Below are positions 1 through 11,400 of a stretch of DNA of 64,000 nt, piece after piece. Position 1 is the first letter of the stretch, and every line of letters begins with the position of its first letter. Origin of the DNA: Marsupella aquatica (taxonomy: Eukaryota > Plantae > Marchantiophyta); contig OZ316897.1 of the NCBI GenBank assembly GCA_973895155.1, positions 19,595,224-19,659,223 on the forward strand. Direction: 5' to 3'. Below the pieces are notes generated by a model. It was not told the origin of the DNA. It ran no database searches and saw nothing but the letters and a program-made list of their open reading frames with translations. A program made the translations under genes and the position numbers.

Positions 1-34
1 GAAGAATATTTTGGAGGCTTGAAACCAAGTCACA

Positions 35-1571
35 CTATTGTGAAAAGTTGATTCCTTGTTCATAAACATCCTGAATAGGATTGTCAATGGGATCCTGAAC
101 AGAATGGTCAATAGGATCATGAATAGGATGGTCAATAGGATCCTGAATAGGATCATGAACAGGATGCTCAATAAGATGGTCAACATCCTCAACATGAGAA
201 GGATTATGATGATCACTGTCTTCATCATCCTAAACATGAGAAGGAACCTGAATAGGATCTTGTACAAGAGGCGGGTCCTCAACTGAAGTATTGAGGATAG
301 GTTCAGATACAACGTCTGGCTCATCTGGGTGTTTATCAGCATCATTTAGCAATAGACCCCACTTCTCAGGCCCAGGCTCATAGTCACTATCGTCAGAAGT
401 GTCCTCCCACTCTTCATTTAGTCCAGCCTGCACATGGTTGGGACAAGATGAGAATGGAATGTACAAACAACAAGCAAAGATTGCAGGAAGTAAAATAAAA
501 AGTTCATACCTCTATTCGTGCAGCTTCAGTGGTCATGCCCCGACCTTTGTATTCCTGTAGCAAATTGTTAGTGGCTGTGGCTATGCTGACAGGCTTTTGC
601 TCTTCTTTCCAGTCCTTGTAATCTTGGTATGCAGCATCAAAGTCCACTTCTTTGGGCCCATGCTTCCACTGCAGAAGCGCTCTTTTCTGAGTCAAGTAAT
701 TCAAGGCATCTGCAACGAGAGCCTCTCGAATTGTATCAAACTGCATCAGCTCGGGAGGTTGCACCTCCACATCTGCCCGGGGGAAAATGCATGGCAGGAC
801 ACTACAATCTAATTGAAGTGCCTGCAACTTACGATCTCTAGGTAGGAGTACCGGCAAAGCTCGGATTGAAGCAACCCAGCGAGACAGAATAGGAGAAATT
901 GCAGTAGCTGACACAGAGTCTTGCAACATCTCGTACAAACTGTCATCCAACAAGGATGACCAACCATTAGCCTGCCCTGCACGTATGTGCACTTCCTTGA
1001 TGACACGAATAAGCAATGATTTTGCAGGAACAAGCGGCTCATCTGCAGCAACACCATACTTCTTCTTTAGCATTGTCTTCTTCCGCAACTTAGTCTGTCT
1101 CCACCGAAGTCGCACAGTGGATCGAAGCCGGTTCCAAGAGGCCTGATTGTTCTCCTTCCTCACATTTGGCCCAGGGGCCTTATGTTTCTTGGCAATCCGA
1201 GTGGAGAAGTCGGATTTTGAGAACAACCAAGGTTTGCCCGCCTCCAGTAATGCAGGTGGCAACTCCAACTTGTGTGTGACGTCCATGTGGGTCTGGAAAC
1301 CAGCAAAGGAAGAAAATGATCGAGGCTTGTGATCACCAGCTATGCAGACAAACACATGCTTGCCTTCAGCATCGACATGATGTCGGAAGTGATTCTCTTC
1401 CTCTGCTACCCGAATTCTTCTCATTCATGGCGCCATGGAAACTGAGCATGAACCTTGGTTGGGCTCAAAATTGAACCCAACCCTCTCCAGCCTATGACCT
1501 TGACCTTCAGCCTGTATTGCTTTCCACTCCTTAATGGAAGCAGAGCGGTCCCTACACTCATGCCGACGACT
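35..1571 (-). pseudogene. Multi-exon TE accessory gene with an atypical zinc-finger-like motif and an acidic/Pro-rich repeat tail; two in-frame stops
   Basis: ORF 504-1424 contains FVCIAGDHKPRSFSSFAGFQTHMDVTH. The frame stays open upstream to an AG acceptor near 1571 except for a TGA at 1425-1427. A GT-AG intron at 509-428 joins RIE to AGLNEEWED in phase 0. A TAG at 230-232 interrupts a tail of PIQD/PIDH/PIHD repeats that would otherwise end at the TAG at 35-37. Confidence 0.6.
56..265 (-). repeat. 12-bp coding minisatellite (PIQD/PIDH/PIHD tetrapeptides on the minus strand)
   Basis: Repeated ATCCTGAATAGG / ATGGTCAATAGG / ATCATGAATAGG units. Confidence 0.8.
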
Positions 1572-2404
1572 TCAACAGATAAGCAAATTTAGAAGACACG
1601 AATGTCATGGTATTCAAAGAGAGTAGAAGAACTCGCAAACATCCATGTCATGGTATTCAAAACATGCACCTCCAACATTCGTCGACTTGCAGTCAGTCAT
1701 ACCTAGTGCTTCGACCGAGAATCTCCCCCTTCAAGTCAGACACAGATCAATCCCTGTCATGAAGTCCACTTTGCCTAGAGCTCGCAGGCAACCACAAAAT
1801 CCTGAGAGGAAACTTCATTCACAAATTCAAGGACAGGATTGAACTGCCAAATGAAAGCAATCCCTACATTGTTATCCATGTAGTATTGAAACTATGCAAC
1901 AGAACCGGAAGACATGGATGTGATGGTGATCAAAAATTGCATAAGAACTGGGAAGACAATGCAAATGATTTGCACTATTATGAAGAAGAGCACAACAAGA
2001 GGTGATTCTGATGATAGCTAGACCAAACCAACAAGAGAAGTTGAGAAAATTTAGATGTAAGAAAGCAAATTATCGTACCACTAAGCTCGTATTATCTTCC
2101 CCTCCCCTCCCCTTCATGGTCCAGTTCCTTGCATTGTGCCTCGTGGTACTCCAGACCTGGACTCCTGGCTAGAATCCTCCCTACTGAGCAAGCATATTGA
2201 TTACCCATTCATCCACTCGTATCATGCAGGAAAATGAAAACAGAAGGTTGAAACAGAAAGAGAACTTCAATCTAGGTGATGGATTTTCACAAGTTCGCCA
2301 GGAAATCAATATCGGAAGTGATCATCTCAATCTAAAACCACCAAAAACAACAATCATTGAAGCGAAATGGAACTTGCCAGAATTGAGTGAAGTCTACCAG
2401 CAGA

Positions 2405-2945
2405 ATCGTCAACAGCACGATCATCTCCAAAATGGACCGGCACCAACAGTCAACGATAACTCTGCCCAAATCCTCCGTAAAGCCATGAAAGAAACACGAT
2501 CATCAACCAGCACAATCGTCAACCAGCACGATCGACAGCAAAATGGCCCACTACTAGCAGTAAACGATGCCCAACAAAAACGTCAACCAACACGATTCTC
2601 CAAAATGTCCCGCCGCCAACAGTCAACCACACCTCTGCCCAAATCCTCCATAAAGCCACGAAAGAAACACGATCATCAACCAGCACAATCATCAACCAGC
2701 ACGATCGACAGTAAAATGGCCCACCGCTAGCAGTAAACGACGCCCAGCAAAAACGTCAACCAGCACGATTGTCTCCAAAATATCCCGCCGCCAACAGTCA
2801 ACCACACCTCTGCCCAAATCCTCCGTAAAGCCACGAAAGAAACACAATCATCAACCACCACAATCGTCAACTAGCACGATCATCAGCAAAATGGCCTGTC
2901 GTCAACAGTAAACGAGCCTCTGCACAAAACCTCCGTAAAACCATG
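2405..2945. repeat. Higher-order tandem array: about 3 copies of a ~174-bp unit built from TCAACCAGCACGAT-like sub-motifs
   Basis: Unit starts near 2408, 2582 and 2756 (gtcaac(c)agcacgat..ctccaaaat), with ctctgcccaaatcctcc.taaagcca.gaaagaaacac.atcatcaacca in each unit. Confidence 0.85.
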
Positions 2946-3879
2946 CAAAACGTCGATCCTACCTAGAACCCCCACAAAAGATGACAGACCTTGAACCTAA
3001 AGCACGGAAATTGGTTTTACAAATAGAATACACTCATGTCAATGTATTCTAATTAATTAGCATAAGATAACCCTAATGTTCATAGTGGTGGCGCGGAGGT
3101 GCAAGGCCCGATTTTCACCTCTAACTACGAGGTCCCGTTGGTAATGGATCTTAGCACGGTCACTATGATTTTTGCCTGGTTACTGCGTGGTTGAATGGGT
3201 ACTGTGAAAGTCACCCAGTAAGGCTGAAAACTGTGCAGTATGGCCTTTACACGGGGGAAACTGCCTTACACGGGAGAAAAGGGTACGGGCCATAATGAGG
3301 GGGCTGATTGGGGTAAAAAAGTTTGGAGGGGGCTGATCAAGTAAAGTTTCTCCTGAAGGGGGTCTATTGAGCATATCCCTCCTCCATACCATGATAAACG
3401 TCATTATTTTCTTTATTTAAATGAATATTAATTTCACATTGTCTATTAACACATTTTTATGTGTGATTACCAGCATGGGTATGACACTAGTATTCAGCCC
3501 TTCACTCATGGGTGCATCATTAATCTACTCTTCCTACTTTGACCTTAATGGCTCTTAGTCCCTGCCCCCTCATAATGTTGTTCCAATTGCCCTCATCCCA
3601 ATGGCAACACATGGCACTCACATGAAGCCAATGCCATCATGTCCCTCTACAAAATATTTAGGGATACCAAAATAATTTGTCTTGTTTGCTTTGGATTAAT
3701 TAGGGAGATTGCTTTCCTAGAATGAAAGTCTAGGATAAAAGAAAGTTCAAATTCAATGGTCAGAGAATTTATTTGTAAAGGGACCAAAATATTGGAGAGT
3801 GAGTTATATTTCTTCACCTGACCGTAGTTCTCAGAGAGTGCTCGAAAGGGTGAAACCTGTATAGTTCTCAAGGAACGGG

Positions 3880-4651
3880 AACGATTCTGGAAGCTTGAAA
3901 AAATCCAGTAAGAAATTGGAGAAATACGACCAAGCAGAATGTGTAAATCAGCTGAGTGTACAATTGACAGAGATTAGCAGGCAGTGTAAGGGCAAGAACA
4001 GCCGAGTGTAGAAAGTCAGGATTTTTCCGCCCAGTACTCCTGAAGAAAAAGAGTCTTCAGATGTACAGGGATCCATGGAAAAGTATCATGACAATTGAAT
4101 GTTACGAACTGAAACTTCCGGGATTTGTTCAGTTCATTTGGCTTTGTTTGGCAGTGACTTGAGTGTTTTGCCAGCAGATGATTGCACAATCACCTTCAAC
4201 TTTTACGAAGGGCATAATAAAGGCACGGCAATTTCAACGGCAATCCCTTCATTCAAAAGGACAACTTACGAAAAACATTATGTACCCGGGAAACGTCAGG
4301 TCGAGCCGAAATCACATTGGAGAGTCGACTTTGTTCTTGATATGGGACCAACTTATCGTTGACGGCAACATGCGTGAGAGCTGGGCATCCCCCCGATCCC
4401 AGATGGTTACTACAGTGGTCCCCTTGGCGAATTGTTGCGAAACCAAGAATAACCGATTAGGTCTACATGTACGTCGGCTTAGGTTTATTGATGGCAATTG
4501 CGAAAATAAAGTGGATCTCAAGGCCAGGTCATGACATTATTATGACTCGAGAAATTCAGAGCTACAAGCTACAGATTTACGTTGGACTTTCTATGCAGAA
4601 TTGTCCGTTTTGAATGACGAAGTACCAATTGATGACAGAGACATACGGTAG
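3880..4651 (+). pseudogene. Degenerate coding relic of unknown family
   Basis: Protein-like reading continues through isolated stops (KKLEKYDQAECVNQL...HDN*MLRTETSG...DMGPTYR*) and shifts frame into VVPLANCCETKNNRLGLHVRRLRF...WTFYAELSVLND. No family recognised. Confidence 0.35.
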
Positions 4652-4955
4652 CTTGTAAACAAACAACGTTAGATGATCGTGCGATGGGCTACCCCGTGGG
4701 CTACCGACATCAAAATTTCTTAGTCACTATTGACTATACTCTTTCTCTATTGACTATACTCTTTCGGACATCCTGTTTCTGTCATCCTGTTCAGCTTCAC
4801 TTTGGACCGGAAAATGATAGTTGATGCTGCGACCTGCGGCAAAGTAAGCAAATGCGTAACGCTCACTGGAGTGTAGCGTAGATTGAGCCCGGTGCGATTT
4901 AACATATAGCCAGTCACATGCACAACGACGTAGATGGATTGCCAGATCTGCATCT

Positions 4956-7320
4956 TCAGAGACGATTCAGAGGATACGAGCGACCCCTCTTCGATTGTTT
5001 CTTAGGCTGTTCCGGTGACAACGATGATTCGCTGCAGATATCCTTCACTGCTCTCGACTTGAGCTTTAGCTTCTGTCTGGCATTGCCCAACCAATTGTCG
5101 ATCTGCAAATTCAAGCAATATGACACAAAGAGGAAGATGCAAATATTAGCTCGATCTAGGTGTAAGTATGCTACAAACAAATTTTGCTACTCGATCGACT
5201 GGTTACAAATTCCTCTGATTCGCCGACTGATGATGCATTTAAATCATTTGATTCCTTAGTCTACAGTTCGTCATGGTCCATGGAGTCTTCGTCGTAACCG
5301 ACTCCGCAACATCTTATTTCAAGTATATTTTGCTGAGCCTGGATACAGATTGACTTACCACTTTATATAAGGCCTCATTAAAGTGACATCATCTTATTGC
5401 AGTCCAAAAGAAGGAAAAAGTTCTGATCTGATCGATTCAAGGTCATACTCCTTAAATGCATAATTGTTGCACAAATGTTATTACCTGTGACATCTTGAGA
5501 CCCGTTTGAAACACTAGGTCCTCCTTCTCTTCACGAGACGGATATGGATCCGGCAGGTTCTCATTCACCCACCCTTGAAGTATCTCTACAGAGCTTGGAG
5601 GGAGAGGTAGCCTCCTCCCTTTCCTTTCACCTGATTTCGTCTCCGATTGGCCCTCTCTTTCCTGAGAAGGTTTGTTCTCGAGTACATGGCTAGACCCTTC
5701 GTATCTTATTTTTCCGCAGAAACGCAATTTCTTCGCAGACGAAGGGGAGCACCTTCTCCTTGATGTTCTGACTTTCTTGCGGCTAACCGTCGGGCTTCGG
5801 CACTGAGCAGTGGTTGGACTATCACGAGGAGTATTCGCCTTGCTGAGCTTGATTTTTTTGGGACTGTCCTGTGAAAGACTCTCCGTGTGGAGCCTCACCT
5901 CTATCTTACTATTGCCAGGACTGTGAAGCACATCTGCATAATGTGTACGCTTCTTCCTCAGCAAACATGGATTTGAGCTCAAATTCTTGCTTGCAGCTTC
6001 TCTATTGAAGCTTCTGTTTAGAATATCTCTGTGTGGACTAAACTTCAATGTCTTTTCACAGTTGTGGTGACTCTCCTCTGCAGATTGCGAGTCCGAGCTA
6101 CTCGCTGCTTTGAATAGTCGGCGAGCAGTTTCGGAGCTCCTGATTGGACGACTCCTCACTCGTCGACCTGGTTTGATTTCACGACTCGCCTGACTTGGAC
6201 GTCGCTTATCTACAGAAGTCAGGGTGTGGCGTTTCGGGAACTTGGATCTCTTACCCCTAAGGGCAGAAAACCTCCTACGGCGATGATTGACGAAGTCGTC
6301 TAAGCGCAGCACACGGGCTTCGTCTCCACTACTTTCGCTTATAGAATGCTTACCTATGACGTCATCTGACTTCTCGATCAATGAAGCAGTTGTGTCAGAA
6401 TTCATGTTTCTGATTTCCCTGGACTGCCCGTCTTTCAAGCAGTCATCTCGTACGGTCCGGCTCTTCCCACCGCTGCCTTTCTGAGAGTCATGAATTCTAT
6501 GTCCGCCGACTGTCCGTAACTTTTCGATGTCAGGTTGTAAATCAACAGAAGGTGACTGAAAAATACATGCAGCGTCTTCTAAGTATCTATTTGGCGCATA
6601 GACCAATACGTCGCTGTCTAAGTTTTCAGCGTTGGCTACGTCGTCACAATTGTCTAGAGTTCGGTTTACCAAGAAGTCATCCACCACATCGTCTCCATGG
6701 ACACCTCTCTCATTCGTGACTTCCTTTAGCAAATTCCAATAATTTGCACACTCAAAGATGTCCTCTTCTAACTCAACGGGCAAGTCCCAATAGCATTTCC
6801 GGTTCTTTATTATCTCGCCGACAGTTGAACTCGTCACCATGTTCTGAGAGTATGGATCCGCCGGCTTGGAAGCACAATTATGGAGACTCCGCGGAGAATG
6901 GGCATCATCCACGATAGGCTCCAAGCCTGGTGCGGGATGGTCTATCATTTCAGAGAGCTCGCAACGCGAAAATGTATCTGGTAGACCGACAGCATGTGGC
7001 CAGCTATGGCCCGATTCGGACGCCCAAAAATTGTACGTGGAGAAATCAGGTCGTAGGTCCAGTAAGGAGTTGCTGCATCCATCGGAGCCTTCACCTTTAG
7101 ACAATTGATCAGAAAATTCGAACAGCTCAGGGAGAGATCCGAAGCCTGATACTGGACTGCCTCCCAGTGAGAATTTCTCCACGGAAGAAACATCACTTGG
7201 AGAATTATCCGCTTCACGTGATGATTGCGAGTTTCTGTAGCGAAGAGTCAGAACGCCTGAAGTTGTCTTCAGACGGACCTTTCGCACACCATCGGATTCC
7301 TCGCACTCTCTGTTCGTCAT
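4956..7320 (-). CDS. Divergent TALE-class homeodomain transcription factor (BELL/GLX-like), 660 aa; exons 7320-5485 and 5102-4956
   Basis: Exon 1 ends with RRLPLPPSSVEILQGWVNENLPDPYPSREEKEDLVFQTGLKMSQ, including the TALE PYP loop. Donor CAG|GTAA at 5485/5484 and acceptor TTTGCAG| at 5103/5102 join in phase 0 to IDNWLGNARQKLKLK (helix 3). The long N-terminus is Ser/Arg/Lys/acidic-rich. Confidence 0.9.
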
Positions 7321-7384
7321 TGGAAAGCGGCACCAGCTAGGTGGATTTGAAATAACGAGAACGAAAGTCGATCGACCCTTGCGA

Positions 7385-7850
7385 ACCGGAGGTGCTCAAG
7401 CTGTATGTCGATCTCTATAACTGGATATATATCGAATTTGGCTCGAGCGCCGCCCCCTCGGACATTTGAAGCTCAGAATACATCTTTAGACCTAGAATTC
7501 GTACACCATCGGATATTTCCTCGTTCGTCCTGTTCGTCGTTGGATAGTGGTGCCAGACAGGAGTCAAAATGGCAAGAACGAACCAATAAAGCTGTATGTC
7601 GATCTCTGTAGGAAATAAAATTTGGTTGTGCGCCGCGCCTAGGACACTTGAAGCTCTTAACACAGCTTTAGACGGACATTTTGTACATCAGATAATTCCT
7701 CGTTCTTCCTGTTCGAAATTGGATAGCGCTACAAGGCAGGAGGAGTCGAAAGAACGAGAGCAACTACTAAAGTTAGTTGTATGTACGTGGATCTCATTGG
7801 ATGTGGAATTCGGCTCGAGCGCTGCGCCTAGCACATTTGAAGCTCGGACT
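7385..7850. repeat. About 2.5 diverged copies of a ~190-bp unit immediately 5' of the homeobox ATG
   Basis: gctgtatgtcgatctct at 7400 and 7591, with a related copy near 7778. Each is followed by aattt/cggctcgagcgc.gc.cc..g.aca(t/c)ttgaagctc or a close variant. Confidence 0.8.
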
Positions 7851-8270
7851 ACAATCAACAGACATGTAAGAGAGACACAGACAGAGAGAGAGAGCGAGAG
7901 AGAGAGGGAATGTACATGCCAAACTCCAGTGTCATGCAAATCGGACGATGCTTTCGCTCACTTGTTGTTTCAAAGAGAGAGCGCGGCCCCACGGTTTCAA
8001 ACTCCTCGTGACGATCCCAAAGGGAGAGCGCTGCGGCTCGAATTGCTCGTCGTGTGGAGCAACGTACTCCATTTTGAATTTGGCTGAAGGCGAGATCGCT
8101 CGAGCTCACGATCGTCGCAGCTTATGCTTTTGCATTTCTGATTGCTTACTGTTTTCCTTACACGTTACTTTTACAGTAGTAAGCTGGATACCGTGTGTAA
8201 AACAGGGTAATTTTCAAGGTTTGTTGGGACCAGGGAGCGAAATGCTCGCATTCCTTCTCTGTTTTTCTTA

Positions 8271-8408
8271 TTTCTGACGATGAAGAATTAGTATAACTAG
8301 CCCCTACTTTCTTAGTGTAATTTCTGACGATGAAGAATTAGTATAACTAGCCCCTACTTTCTTAGTGTAATTTCTGACGATGAAGAATTAGTATAACTAG
8401 CCCCTACT
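8271..8408. repeat. Perfect 50-bp tandem repeat, about 2.8 copies
   Basis: tgaagaattagtataactagcccctact recurs at 8281, 8331 and 8381. Confidence 0.95.
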
Positions 8409-11400
8409 ACCTGTCTGTGAATAGTGGGTACAATAAAAATGTCCCCAAAATATATTCCTTATTCATATTCTTTGGATCTTAATGAGATAATAAAAAAATT
8501 ATCATGCATATCATCATTTTAATTCATACATAAAATAGGATACTCTTTTCTATGCACATCTCTTTTTCTTTGCCATAAACCCTCTTTTTTAATGTAAATA
8601 AAAACCATGACACAAAACATACATGGTCATGAGTATGTCTAACATACATCATGGTCATGAGTTTTCTCGTCCACATGATGAGCCATGGAGTTAGGGTCTA
8701 GAATCTTCACTCTAGAAGCCTAGGCCCTAACTCTAGTTTATAGTTGACACTTTATAAGTAAGATAAACTTGAGAGGAATGGGGTCAATGACAAGGTGAAA
8801 GATGGCTAATCAATGACAAAAAGCCTGGCTAATTAATGTTAGTCAACAGCAGCTACAAAATTACTATGAGATGTAAACCCATACAATTTACATTACTGAG
8901 TTGAATGGGTAAACTGTGTAAACTCATCAGCATCACCCATAAGGGTTACAGTAGTAAGTTGGCGAAGCTGTCACTGTAAATTTGACTCTGACTTGTAGAA
9001 ACAAAAGATACCATTGGGTGATCATTTCTACTCCATGGAGCTATTGTGACAATATTGTGCCCAGACACTTATAGTTGCAAAACCTTTTTGGGGACAAAAA
9101 TTACTAGTGACACCTGATGTCTGGGGGGGGGGGGGGGTGTTCTAGTTTACAACCAGAATGTTCCAAAGAGCTTACTTTGTGCTGCCATTCAGCTTGTTAT
9201 CGCATTCCGGATGCAAGGTTAGATCCTAGTAAACCCCCCTGCCCAGACCCTCATTATCCTATACTTACAACAAACTTGGTTCAGTCAATAGAATAAATAA
9301 TCATTGGACTCTTGGTGTCATTAAGGTACATCAAACGGGTAGGGCGATCATATTATTGAGAGCTATTGCTCCAAGCACAAATCTTCTTCCATACAAAACA
9401 TTTGAGAAATGCATGGAGTTGCATGATATATACCAGAACCTGAATCTTATACTTCCTAGATTAAATGTTTGTCTCAACTATGCATGCCCCTTATATATTC
9501 AAGCACTGACAACAGAATCATTGCACCCGTGCCAAAACAATTACCTTGGAAAAGGCTTATGTAAGATTGAATCTCTTCCATTTGTCACCTATCCCTATGG
9601 TCTCTACTTGACCTCCTTAGGCTCTCTCTTGCGTGCGTGACACTTTTATCTTGTCTAGGAGCAGGGAAATGTTTGAGTAGTTTTGCTGCAGAAGTGATTC
9701 CCATAAGTTGAGTTATGACACCTTGCAAATATAAACCATAACTAAGTCAGGTCGTAAAAGTAAAGGCTCTATAGTTATCACATGTATGTTATAATGCAAA
9801 GCTCTCTCTCCAAATGGACTTTTGTTGAAGAATTATTTCACTGACACGCAAACCAAGACAGCCCTGAATCTAGTTGTAAATGTGATAGAATCCGTTTTCC
9901 AACGTAACTTTGATATTCTACAGTTATTCTGTAGTTATTTTAATCTTTGTAAACTATATCCTTTACAATACATATCCTTTTCCCCTTCGAAGTTTCAATC
10001 ACCCGAATGTTTCTCAAAATTACAAAAATAACCCTCCCTTGTCTTTGAAGTGCTCTCTCTAATATCAATGAACCTGAAACTTAAGCAATACATAGTTATC
10101 TGTGGTAGTAAATCTCAATCCAAAATTTGGGCACAAGATTGACCTCAACCCTTATACAGATGCATCCCTCTTCCCCATATAGTAGTTGGTTTTGTGTGTA
10201 GCTGAGGTTGAGGTACTTTCAGAATTTAAAGGAATATTTGGTTGTTTGGAAAGATTTTGAGCAAATTTCCACCCTCCTTACAAACTAAGCACATGGTGAA
10301 AGTACCACGTATCTGGCAGAAATCTTACTTCCAAGGTCTTGCAGCCGTTCTAAGTACTTTCCATTGACAAAGTTTAAGAAACTCGTGGATTCAGGTATTC
10401 TTTTGTATACAGACCAACCCTGCAAGTTTTCTTTCAAATGCAAGTCAGATGACCTTCCCTTCAAATTAAAAAGAAGAAGGAAATCAATAGTTTTCAGAAT
10501 TCTTGAAAATTGAAAAACCCTATTCATTTTGTGTATTGCGTTGATAATCTAGATATATACTGTAAGCAACTGGTATGGTCTAGCCTTCCATCCACACTAA
10601 TTAATACATTCTTAGATAAACAAGCTAACGTAAAGGCCTAGGTGCTGTAAATGTTGTAAATGTGAAGTGTTAATGTGGGGCTAGCCCAAAAACCCAACCA
10701 TATGCACAGGACGGGCTATGTGTACTCCCCATCCCTACTCACAAGTATAGTCTAAACAGCAAAATTATCTTTTTGGTACCAGGCCTATGGTTTTGTGTGT
10801 AGCTTAGGTTGAGGTACCCTAAACCAGTAGACTTTATAGATTTTCGTATCTATAGGCGTTCTTACCGTTCCTCTTCCACCCTGCTTGTAGAGAGGGTATG
10901 CAACAAGAGCAGTTCCTGCTGCCATGCATAGTATGTATGCCTTTGTCCATCCTACCGACTGCCTTTCCAGAGCTTCATATTGAAAACAAGCAAAAAAGAA
11001 ACACACTACAGGGTTAGACATGCTTCCTTTTGAATGTAAAACATGTAACTATATTTTATTCTCATGTAGGGAGTTTAAATGATCTTGCAGTTTGACCCCC
11101 TTATCTTACCGTCATATTCAAACAAGGAAGAAAATGCATTCCAAACTAAATATAAATTTATCTATATGGTGGAACCTAACAAAATGCTGAAACCCCCCAA
11201 ACATGAAGAGACTCCAGAGAGTGACAAGCTCTTACTTTCTAAGACAGTAAGTTGTGGTTGGTTCAGCAATCATGCTTACCAGTATGGCCAGAGACAATGG
11301 CAATGAGTGCAAAAATACAAGCTGCGATTGTGGCATGGGTCACACGTTCATGATTGATGTACGCCCAAATTATGAGAGACGCCTTTAGTATTTGGAATAG

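Larger units (their letters stand above)
1..3352. mobile_element. Right-hand part of a probable Mutator-like (MULE) DNA transposon; left end outside the window
   Basis: The reverse complement of 3290-3352 is GAGAAACTTTACTTGATCAGCCCCCTCCAAACTTTTTTACCCCAATCAGCCCCCTC, the style of a plant MULE TIR (GAGAAA start, repeated CCCC blocks). An inward-pointing gene and a subterminal repeat array lie next to it. Partner TIR, TSD and transposase are not visible. Confidence 0.5.

Noticed and set aside
56-286. + strand 76-aa ORF (ILNRIVNRM repeats)
   Set aside because: Antisense shadow of the 12-bp coding repeat of the minus-strand gene.
2197-2730. 177-aa Gln/Ser/Thr-rich ORF
   Set aside because: Open frame produced by the C/A-rich tandem array; non-ATG start and no domain.
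8271-8408. Regular repeats resembling a CRISPR array
   Set aside because: Head-to-tail identical units with no unique spacers, no cas genes, and a eukaryotic context.
8426-9155. Possible MULE-derived MITE (shares gttgaatgggta...ctgtg with about 3190)
   Set aside because: The putative ends do not form a convincing TIR pair and no TSD was found.
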